A stretch of DNA of 64,000 nt from Nitrospinaceae bacterium. Its GTDB lineage: Bacteria > Nitrospinota > Nitrospinia > Nitrospinales > Nitrospinaceae. Position 1 is the stretch's first letter, and every line of letters begins with the position of its first letter. A model generated the notes under the pieces. The model did no database searches, was not told the DNA's origin, and worked only from the letters and a program-made list of their open reading frames with translations. Location of the stretch: NCBI GenBank assembly GCA_965223665.1, contig OZ245011.1, positions 1,568,001 to 1,632,000 on the forward strand, given 5' to 3'. Of this stretch, positions 41,078 through 49,548 are shown in pieces. A program made the translations under genes and the position numbers.

Positions 41078-41106
41078 ACTTTACCGAACGTTCGGTAAAA
41101 TGTCAA
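41078..41106 (-). promoter_or_regulatory. tetR promoter with perfect 20-bp palindromic operator
   Basis: TTTACCGAACGTTCGGTAAA (41080-41099) within minus-strand TTGACA-17-TAAAGT. Confidence 0.8.
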
Positions 41107-41399
41107 CGCCCTTTTCAAAAAAAGTTAAAAAAATCTCCTACCCTAAAGAGGGAACTTTTTACTCAGCTCTTTGGGTACATACACCCATTAATAATTAAAC
41201 CCAGATAGAGTTCGTTCTATATATAGAGCTTTGTTTTTGAAAAACGGATTGGCATAGCTCCGAGGCCTCGGCAGGAAATTGGGTCACTTTGGAATCTAAA
41301 TAAATTGCCATTTAATTAAAGGGTGGTTTGTCTTAAACTTAACGTAAGGTGGGTGAGGACTAAACCAGGAGTAGATTTCCAAATATCTTAGAGCAACTT

Positions 41400-42785
41400 A
41401 TGAAACAATTTTTTTCACTCTTTATTTTTCTATCTTTCTTTTCAGCAGTGAACGCCTGGGCGTGCTCTTGTGTGGCGCCTTCCACACCGGAAAAAGCATT
41501 CGAAGATGCCAAAGCGGTTTTCACCACTCAAGCCCCTCAATTAATCAAAAATAAAAGCGGTTATGTGGAAACCATAATTCTTCATCCTGATAAGTTCTGG
41601 AAAGGGAACGCAGACCTCAAGTCCATAACGGTGAATCCTCGGACGATGTGCAACTACGCAAATTTTAAAGAAAATAAAAAGTACCTGATTTATGCACACT
41701 CTCATTGGGATAAGAGCAAGCCCGATGACTATAGCGTTTCCATGTGCAGCCGTACCAAACCACTGGAGGAAGCGGAGATCGAAGTACAATACCTCGATGC
41801 CGTGGTGGCCCACCAGGATACCCAAGCTATCGATGAATCCCTCCCCGGTATTCTTGCCAACGATAAAGAAAAAATCAATGTTCGAATAGAAGCGGCCCGA
41901 CTCCTCGGTTGGATGATCCGCAGAGATTCGGAAGACCCTTCGGAAAAAACCGTGACCGCTTTGATTAAAGCTTCCCGGACCAAAAATGAAAACCTAAAAC
42001 TGACTCTTGCAGGCGAACTTTCCAACCCTAAGCTCAGAGGAAGAGTGAACGTCAAGGATGCTTTACTCCGGCTCCTCCGTGACGACGACCCAACGGTTCG
42101 CAATATTTCTGCCGGTGGACTTGCAATGGTAGCCAGTCGCAATTCCCCGGATGTTTTTAATGCGTTGCATCAGGAATTCAACAAAGCCAGCGACAAACAA
42201 TGGCAAGACAAAAAGCTCCGCGAATCCACCCTGGCCATACTAGGAGTTTCAATTTCAAAAGTTGCTACCACCACGAAAGAGAAAATGGAAGTCGTTAAAA
42301 TTTTGCACAATTTAATTGATGAAATGCATAATTCCCACAATAAAGTCACGGTGATTCAACATTTAGGATTTCAAGGAGAGCTCGCCAGAAAGTCTGGCCC
42401 CAAATTGCTGACAGTGCTTAAAACCGCAGACAGCCCTTACGTTCAGCAGTACACTCTTTCCGCTTTGGGAGACATCAAAGTCACCGAAGCCCTGGACCAA
42501 ATCAAGCCTTATGTAAAAAATAAGAAGTGTTACGTAGTGAAACACACGATTGAGGCGGTACATAAAATTGATCCTGAAATTTTTTCAGAATTTTTTAAAA
42601 CCCAGGCCATGCCTGAAATGAAAAGGCGGTTTGAACGTTGTCGCCACGAGTTCACCTGGGCATTACAAAGCATAGGCCCCGCCGCGAAAGAAATGAAACC
42701 GTTTTTAATTAAGCAGTACGAGACAATGGAAGAGGGGCATTGGTTAAAAGGCCAGTTAAAAAATGCCATAGACTCGCTTCAGTAA
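41400..42785 (+). CDS. Secreted TIMP/NTR-like domain + HEAT-repeat protein
   Basis: Signal peptide AWA then CSC, AVF, WKG, C..F..KYLIYA, CSRT; helical LLRDDDPTVR-type repeats. Confidence 0.7.
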   Translation: MKQFFSLFIFLSFFSAVNAWACSCVAPSTPEKAFEDAKAVFTTQAPQLIKNKSGYVETIILHPDKFWKGNADLKSITVNPRTMCNYANFKENKKYLIYAHSHWDKSKPDDYSVSMCSRTKPLEEAEIEVQYLDAVVAHQDTQAIDESLPGILANDKEKINVRIEAARLLGWMIRRDSEDPSEKTVTALIKASRTKNENLKLTLAGELSNPKLRGRVNVKDALLRLLRDDDPTVRNISAGGLAMVASRNSPDVFNALHQEFNKASDKQWQDKKLRESTLAILGVSISKVATTTKEKMEVVKILHNLIDEMHNSHNKVTVIQHLGFQGELARKSGPKLLTVLKTADSPYVQQYTLSALGDIKVTEALDQIKPYVKNKKCYVVKHTIEAVHKIDPEIFSEFFKTQAMPEMKRRFERCRHEFTWALQSIGPAAKEMKPFLIKQYETMEEGHWLKGQLKNAIDSLQ

Positions 42786-42981
42786 GGTCCGAGCTAACCT
42801 CCGAATGTACTTTTTGCTTCCTATCACAAGATTATTAAGATAATTTATATCCCCTCCCCAATTTAAATTTTTCTAATAAACAAACTTCAGCTTTTCCGTG
42901 TACAATACGGTTTCATCTAATTGAGGGTCGGTTGTAGTTTTACCCGAATTCTTAGTTCAAATTCTTTTTCAGGTCGCATGA

Positions 42982-44172
42982 ATGTTCAAAATCCATCGGA
43001 CGGGTTACCGATCCATTCTTTTTTTCATAGTTGTTTACTTCATTACTTTTACTACTGCTAATGCCAACCAGGCGTTAATCGACGCGGCTAAAAAGGGAGA
43101 GGCGTCAGCGGTCACTTCCTTAATCACCTCAGGTGCCAATGTCAATTTTCAAAACACAAATGCCTATACGCCTTTAATCATAGCCGCGATCGAAGGTCAC
43201 GATTCAGTGGTTAAAACTTTACTGGAGAACCAGGCCGACGTGAACCTGCAAACCAGTCGCGGCACTCCATTAATGATTGCTTCTCTCAACGGTCGCAAAG
43301 CCATTGTCAATATGTTGCTGGAACGTGGAGCCGATGTGAATGTTCAGTTGCCCAACGGTAGCACGGCTTTGTACTTCGCCTCGAAGGTCGGGTGCCTGCC
43401 CATTGTCGACCAGTTACTGCGGAAAGGCGCCAACCCTGACGTCGAAACAAACCAGGGTCGCTCTCCACTCATCGAAGCCAGTTTGGAGGACTATGAAGCC
43501 GTGGTCGCAAATTTGTTGTCGCACAAAGCCGATCCGAATTATCAGAACAAAATCGGACAGACGGCGCTCCTGTTTGCATCGCTTAAAGGATACACCGGCG
43601 TGGTGCGAAAATTATTAAACGCGGGAGCCAACCCGGAATTAAAAGCTAAAAACGGAGTCACGGCTTTACAAATTTCAAAAAGGTTAAAACAAAAAGCGGT
43701 GCGGCACTTACTGGTTTCCTCTTTAAATAAAAACCACAATGCCGCTTCCGGGAAAAACGGCAACCTGCTCCTGGCCGCGGCCGTCAAAAAGGATCTTCCC
43801 AAAGCCAAACAGTTGTTGGAAGCCGGGGCTCCGGTCAACTGGCAAAATGAAAGCGGCATGTCTCCGTTAATGATCGCGGCTTCCCGAGGCGCGCTGTCCA
43901 TTGTGAAATTGTTTTTGGAGCACGGTGCCAAATTAGATCTTCAAGATAAAGATGCGGGATGGACCGCACTCATCTTCGCTTCCCGAATGGGTCGCAAGGA
44001 TGTAGTGAAAGAGCTGGTAGAATACGGTGCCGACTACAACATCAAAGAAAAAAAAGGCAAAACGGCAATGGACTACGCCAGTAAAAAAACCCAAACCGTA
44101 CTCAAACAAGCCATCGCCCAACAACAGCGCTCTCGAAAAAGTAAACATTTAAAAATGCACCGCTGCCGCTAG
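42982..44172 (+). CDS. Exported ankyrin-repeat protein
   Basis: About 9-10 TPL..A..G...V..LL..GADVN repeats; hydrophobic N-terminus. Confidence 0.9.
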   Translation: MFKIHRTGYRSILFFIVVYFITFTTANANQALIDAAKKGEASAVTSLITSGANVNFQNTNAYTPLIIAAIEGHDSVVKTLLENQADVNLQTSRGTPLMIASLNGRKAIVNMLLERGADVNVQLPNGSTALYFASKVGCLPIVDQLLRKGANPDVETNQGRSPLIEASLEDYEAVVANLLSHKADPNYQNKIGQTALLFASLKGYTGVVRKLLNAGANPELKAKNGVTALQISKRLKQKAVRHLLVSSLNKNHNAASGKNGNLLLAAAVKKDLPKAKQLLEAGAPVNWQNESGMSPLMIAASRGALSIVKLFLEHGAKLDLQDKDAGWTALIFASRMGRKDVVKELVEYGADYNIKEKKGKTAMDYASKKTQTVLKQAIAQQQRSRKSKHLKMHRCR

Positions 44173-44599
44173 CCGGACAACGTCCGGTGGAATAAATTAA
44201 TTCCTGATCAGTTTTTGTATATGCCGCGCGCTCAGATGCTTTTCTAAATATTGCTTACCTTCAGAAACCCATTTAAAACTGGAATTGATGCACTCCCTCT
44301 TTTTAAAGGAGACCTTTGCATAAGTAAGAATATTGAACCAAACATAATAAACTTAAAGAAGAACACCGATGCTCGCCCTCTTTCCTAAAGAGGGTCGGGG
44401 TGATTGACAATCAAAGCATTTAATAAGATAAAGAGAATTAATTTCTGAGTCCGGCGTCACGCTGCGGACCAGGGGTATTTTCCTTCAAGTTTTTTTAGTT
44501 ATTAATTTTATTTATCCGCGTGGACACGTGAGATACAATAAACTCAAAACACACCGTTCAACCGTATCGGCACGTAAACTTATACCCATGGGAGATGAT

Positions 44600-45655
44600 A
44601 TGAGTTCACAAAACGCAAACGAACATCCTTCACTACCCACATGCACTGACCAATTGTTATGGGATACCTGGTTATCGTCGTTTCATTTGCCCACTCTCAC
44701 AGTGGCGGATGAAGTCGGCCTGTTCCCATTTCTGGAAAACCGTTCCGCTTCCATTGAGGAGATTGCCGCGCATTTCAATTTTAGCCCGCGGGCGGCGGAA
44801 GCGGTTCTAACCGTATTGGCTTCCCTCGGTTACCTGGTTCAGCACCAGGGTCGTTATTCACTTACGGAGTCTTCCCGAAACTTTCTTTTACCGGATGGGC
44901 CTTTTTACTGGGGAGGCGTCCTTTCCCTCTTTAAGAATAATCCAATCACTCATGCCGACCTGATGAAAGTCATTACCGAGGACAAATCCCGGCAAGGACC
45001 TTCAACAGATGGAGACCTCCCCAATACCGACCCCTGGGAACAGGGAGAGTTACCTCCGGAGCTGGCCGAAAAGTTCACCGGCTTGATGCACAGCCACTCC
45101 TTTCCCGCGGCTATGGGTATCGCTCGCCAGGGATTTTTCCAGGGTGTCAGTCGTATGCTGGATGTGGCAGGAGGATCAGGCTGCTTCTGCATCGCTATGG
45201 CTCATTTTCATCCGGAGATCGAGTGTACGATCCTGGAGCTCCCACCGGTCTGCACTCTGGCAACCAATTATATTCAGCGGTATAACTTACAGGACCGGAT
45301 CGATACTATTCCTGCTAATATGTTTACCGATTCCTTTCCAACGGGTTATGATGCGGTTTTTTTCGCTAATATCTTTCATGACTGGAACGAGGAACAATGC
45401 CTCCATTTAGGAGCGAAGGCGTTTGAAGCCCTTCCTTCAGGTGGCCGAATTTTTCTCCATGAAATGTTATTGAGCGATGGCAAGGACGGACCGGTTCCGG
45501 CAGCTTCTTTTACCATGGCCATGCTGAAAGCCACCAAAGGGAAACAATTTACAGCAGCGGAGTTGGAATCCATTCTAAATCGATGTGGGTTCGTCGACGT
45601 TTCCATAAATCACAGCTATGGGTACTACTCACTGACCAGCGCTAAAAAACCTTGA
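44600..45655 (+). CDS. O-methyltransferase (Methyltransf_2 / ASMT-like)
   Basis: N-terminal dimerisation domain, MLDVAGGSG, ANIFHDW, LPSGG. ATG 44600 with ggag RBS; track start is 44528. Confidence 0.88.
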   Translation: MSSQNANEHPSLPTCTDQLLWDTWLSSFHLPTLTVADEVGLFPFLENRSASIEEIAAHFNFSPRAAEAVLTVLASLGYLVQHQGRYSLTESSRNFLLPDGPFYWGGVLSLFKNNPITHADLMKVITEDKSRQGPSTDGDLPNTDPWEQGELPPELAEKFTGLMHSHSFPAAMGIARQGFFQGVSRMLDVAGGSGCFCIAMAHFHPEIECTILELPPVCTLATNYIQRYNLQDRIDTIPANMFTDSFPTGYDAVFFANIFHDWNEEQCLHLGAKAFEALPSGGRIFLHEMLLSDGKDGPVPAASFTMAMLKATKGKQFTAAELESILNRCGFVDVSINHSYGYYSLTSAKKP

Positions 45656-45733
45656 TAATAAATTTTTTTCAAGGCGTTTCGTGTACAATGAATTTTCAGA
45701 AATTTCAATTTCTTAAAGGGACGTCAACTTACT

Positions 45734-46177
45734 ATGGCTAAAGTTCAGCATCAAGTCGGTATTGCAGGAGATATCCATAAAATATTTTGTGCCTTACATC
45801 AACCGGAAGGGCTTGTCGGGTGGTGGGCCACCACTGTGGATGGATCTCCGCTCATGGGAGAAACTGTTCATCTCCATTTTTCCGATGTGGTGACGCTCTC
45901 GTTTAAAATCGTGGAGTTAAAAGAACATGCTTTGGTTCATTTACATTGTGTGGAGGGACCCGGTCCCTGGAACGGCAGCGATCTCTTGTTCTTCCTGAAA
46001 CTGGACACGGATCAGGTTTGGGTCCGGTTGGTTCACGAAAATAATGGGGCCACGGAAGACGATTTCCTCTACTTCAACACCAAGTGGCCCTGCTACCTGC
46101 TGAGCCTTAAGCATTGGATCGAAACCGGACAAGGGCGGCCGTATCCCAATGATGTTAAAATCTACCTCGGCGACTAA
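45734..46177 (+). CDS. SRPBCC/AHSA1 domain protein
   Basis: GLVGWW, WxGS, KWPCYLLSLK..ETGQGRP. Confidence 0.85.
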   Translation: MAKVQHQVGIAGDIHKIFCALHQPEGLVGWWATTVDGSPLMGETVHLHFSDVVTLSFKIVELKEHALVHLHCVEGPGPWNGSDLLFFLKLDTDQVWVRLVHENNGATEDDFLYFNTKWPCYLLSLKHWIETGQGRPYPNDVKIYLGD

Positions 46178-46311
46178 GCCAACCTGGCGGTTGGAGGCAA
46201 CATTTATTCTCGATGAGTTAAAGGGTGAACCGAATCCTCATTAATTATTTTGATTTTTGTTTCCCTTCAGAAATCCATTTAAAAACGGGAATTGATGTGC
46301 CCCCTCTTTTT

Positions 46312-46453
46312 AGAGACCTTTGCGTAACCAAAAATTATTGAACAAACAAGTTCAACAAAAGAGCGGAGCCCCATGTTCGCCCTCTTTCCTAAAGAGGGTC
46401 GGGGTGATTCACCTCCAGGGGGTTTATATTTTCTGACTTACGCAAAGGTCTCT
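46312..46453. mobile_element. 142-bp MITE-like element with perfect 16-bp terminal inverted repeats
   Basis: AGAGACCTTTGCGTAA ... TTACGCAAAGGTCTCT. Confidence 0.7.
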
Positions 46454-46547
46454 TCATAAAGGGGGAATACACGGGTCTTTTATTTAAATTTATTGTGTTT
46501 TTTTCAAATCAGGTTTATGACAGAGACTCTTAAAAAATAGAAACTCT

Positions 46548-47138
46548 CTATTGTCGCCAATCGTTTGAAGGACCTCTTTCTCCAAATACCCGTTGCGCTT
46601 CCTGGTGAACGGCATTCGCCCTTTGCCAGGCGTCTTCACGGATTCTTTCCGATTCGAGCCAGGCTTCCTGCTTGATTCTTTGAGCTTCGACTCGCGACTC
46701 AGCAAGTATCCTTTCCGCTCTTCGTTTGGCTCTTCGGCGAATAGGTCGAGGTTCTCCCCAGGCAGCACCGCGTATTTTTGCAAACCGATGGCGGCCAATT
46801 GTGAGAACGCGCTCCGCTTCCCGGTTGCCTCGCCTGATAACTTTATTGGCTCGGCGATTGCCTCTTTCAAGAATTCTTCCTGCCCGATGACGGGCTAACT
46901 CAATTTCCCGATCATAGGCACGATCAAAATCCCGACCCCGCATTCCGGGTCGCCCCCCTTGCGGATAAGGACCCCCACGCGGTCCTGGGGTTCCGACACC
47001 TCCACCGCCGTCATCTCTTACTATCACCGTCCCCTGCGGCCCGCATCCTGAGTTTCCAAAAAAGAAAAACAGAAAAACCACCAAACCCAACAGGGAGAGT
47101 CCCCATTGGGTTCTAAAAATAGAGTGTTTCTCATTCAT
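46548..47138 (-). CDS. Putative lipoprotein with Gly/Pro linker and Arg-rich helical repeats
   Basis: Hydrophobic signal ending NSGC; gagg RBS; 11-residue periodicity. Confidence 0.65.
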   Translation of the reverse strand: MNEKHSIFRTQWGLSLLGLVVFLFFFFGNSGCGPQGTVIVRDDGGGGVGTPGPRGGPYPQGGRPGMRGRDFDRAYDREIELARHRAGRILERGNRRANKVIRRGNREAERVLTIGRHRFAKIRGAAWGEPRPIRRRAKRRAERILAESRVEAQRIKQEAWLESERIREDAWQRANAVHQEAQRVFGERGPSNDWRQ

Positions 47139-47156
47139 TGGATTGGCCTCTCATTT

Positions 47157-47651
47157 CTAATGATTACCAATTTGTTTGGCATCTTGAAGAGTTCCTTCAG
47201 CGGCACTCTTCATTTCGCCATGCGTTTCATTCACTTCATTGGCCATAGCGTTCTGTTTATTTTGTACATCGCGTTTCATTTCTGCAGGCTTGCTTTGGAT
47301 TTCATGTTTTTTCTGATGAACTTCATCCGCCATGGCTTCTTTTTTCTTTTGGACTTCCTGTTTCATTTCCGCCGGCTTATTTTCAATTTCACTTTTCATT
47401 TCCTGATGTTTCTGTGTCGCATCACTTTTCATTTCTGCCGGTTTGTTTTGTATTGCCTGGAGTGCTTCATTGCTTTCTTTTTTTATTTCACTGAGACCTA
47501 AAGGATCATGATTACTATCTGCAAGGATTATGGACGATTCCCCTTGATAGGGTGACGGTGTATTCGTCCCATAAAGTGGATCCGCAAACACGTTATTATT
47601 GAGACCAAACAAAAAGACATACACCAAACTGATAAGAGTTAAATGACGCAT
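47157..47651 (-). CDS. Exported LEA-like helical repeat protein
   Basis: ggagg RBS, signal peptide, three KPAEMK repeats. Confidence 0.7.
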   Translation of the reverse strand: MRHLTLISLVYVFLFGLNNNVFADPLYGTNTPSPYQGESSIILADSNHDPLGLSEIKKESNEALQAIQNKPAEMKSDATQKHQEMKSEIENKPAEMKQEVQKKKEAMADEVHQKKHEIQSKPAEMKRDVQNKQNAMANEVNETHGEMKSAAEGTLQDAKQIGNH

Positions 47652-47839
47652 CTCACACCTCCCGAAACATTTTTAAATTTTTATGGATTGCTGTCCATGT
47701 TATCAAGAAGCGCTTAAAAAAATCCACCTGTTTTTAGGTAGTTCGAGAAGCTGATATTTGGCCCAAAAGAACGCTGATCAACTTATTGAAAACGTTACGC
47801 CATCTTTCATTAAGAAAAATTTCCTTTGCACACAAAGTG

Positions 47840-48160
47840 CTATTCAGGTTTCGGAGGGTTTTCTTTGTTTTGCTCGGAGTTGGGTTTTCGTGCCTGGTTT
47901 TTCTTGATATCATCCAACACTTTTTCCAGGTACATTTCTTCGCTCAAGATTTTGTCCAGCTTGGTCTGAATCTCTTCCACCCCTTTGCTGTTTCTATAGG
48001 TCATGATAATTAACTTCACCGATACCAGGAACACTGCCGCCTCCAGCAACAGGTCATGAGTGAACCCTTTCACGAATAATGCAGCAACGAATAATACCAG
48101 CGTGGTGATAATTACAAACGCGGCGCCCGGGCCCAGGTACTTATTAATTAAATCTATCAT
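47840..48160 (-). CDS. Small membrane protein
   Basis: ggag RBS; two TM helices around KGFTHDLLLEAAVFLVSVKLI. Confidence 0.7.
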   Translation of the reverse strand: MIDLINKYLGPGAAFVIITTLVLFVAALFVKGFTHDLLLEAAVFLVSVKLIIMTYRNSKGVEEIQTKLDKILSEEMYLEKVLDDIKKNQARKPNSEQNKENPPKPE

Positions 48161-48247
48161 TGACGCTCCCCTGCAAAATTGACTTTTCCCCAGAATACCA
48201 GTTTTTCGATAGATGGAGTTAAGGTTGCACTCATTAAATGAAATTTC

Positions 48248-48613
48248 TTAGGTCTGTTTTTTATCATAACGCATACGAGCTTTATGAACTTCCGCAAAAT
48301 ATTTTTGGCCCCACTGGTCGATGGCCTTTCCTATACTGCCAATAGATTTTCCGATTTTGGTGAGAGAGTATTCGACACGAGGTGGAATCTCCGGAATGTG
48401 GTTGCGGTGCACCAAACCGTCGCGTTCCAGTTCGCGCAGTTGGTTGGTGAGCATGCGCTGCGTTACGTCGGGAATTTTACGGCGCAGCTCATTAAAGCGA
48501 AGCGTGCCCTCACTTTCCAGATGAAAGAGGATCGAGGGTTTCCATTTTGCGCCAAAAACTGGAAGCACTCGTTCAATGGGACAGGGTCCGTCATAATATT
48601 TTTGTCTGGCCAT
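48248..48613 (-). CDS. HxlR family winged-helix regulator
   Basis: CPIE..KWKPSIL..RFNEL..TQRMLTNQLRELERDG..PPRVEYSLT. Confidence 0.93.
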   Translation of the reverse strand: MARQKYYDGPCPIERVLPVFGAKWKPSILFHLESEGTLRFNELRRKIPDVTQRMLTNQLRELERDGLVHRNHIPEIPPRVEYSLTKIGKSIGSIGKAIDQWGQKYFAEVHKARMRYDKKQT

Positions 48614-48716
48614 GGCTTCCTCACCATACTAAGTTACTTAAATGTGCCTGGTTGTATCTATATACTATCCCTGATATAAATTCAATACAAATTCATTTTG
48701 CATAAAGGAACACATC

Positions 48717-49325
48717 ATGAAAATAATCGTACTGGGGGCCAGTGGAATTATTGGAGCGGAAATCGTGCAGTTATTATCCGACAAGCACGAAGTGTTGCGT
48801 GCCGGACGCAGTGGAGAATTGCAGGTGGATTATACCGATGCCGCCTCCGTAAAAAAGATGTTTGAAACCGTGGGAGGATTCGATGCGTTGGTCTGCTCCG
48901 TAGGAGGCGACAGTATTTTTAAACCCTATGAACAATTGTCGGATGAAGATTTTGCGTATGGGTTCGAACGCAAGTTCATGTCGCAGATCAACCTGGTTCG
49001 CATTGGCACTCCTTATGCCAATGATGGAGCTTCGTTTACCTTGTCCAGTGGATATCTCAGTGACTATCCCAATCCAGCAAGCGCGGCAACCGGTCCGTTC
49101 AACGCGGCGGTTGATTCTTTCGCGCGGACGGTGGGTCCGCTATTGCCACGCGGCATTCGGGTGAACGTGGTCAGCCCCGCACCGGTGGTGCCGGAAGACC
49201 AGGCCGGTCGTGGAGTCGTCACCGCCCAACAAGCGGCGGAAGGTTACCTGCAAAGCATTCACGGAACGATGAACGGCAAAGTGCTACGCATGTGGGGTGG
49301 ATTAGAGACCGAGCCTCGAGAATGA
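48717..49325 (+). CDS. Short-chain dehydrogenase/reductase (atypical)
   Basis: GASGIIG Rossmann motif, GIRVNVVSP; divergent from HxlR. Confidence 0.88.
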   Translation: MKIIVLGASGIIGAEIVQLLSDKHEVLRAGRSGELQVDYTDAASVKKMFETVGGFDALVCSVGGDSIFKPYEQLSDEDFAYGFERKFMSQINLVRIGTPYANDGASFTLSSGYLSDYPNPASAATGPFNAAVDSFARTVGPLLPRGIRVNVVSPAPVVPEDQAGRGVVTAQQAAEGYLQSIHGTMNGKVLRMWGGLETEPRE

Positions 49326-49548
49326 ATTCATTTAATTTTTTTAAAAGGTAAAATCCCCCTAACCCCCTTCATGAAAGGGGGAATACATTGCGCTGCCCAT
49401 CAACACTTAAATCTAAAGACGACGTGGCCCTTAGCGAGGGAGGCCCCAGGCTAGCGCCTGGAGCGACTTTTCATTTTCGTCAGGTTACTTCGATTTCATT
49501 TCTCCACAGGATTTTGAAAATCCCTGTTGCTTCCAACCGCCAGGTTGG

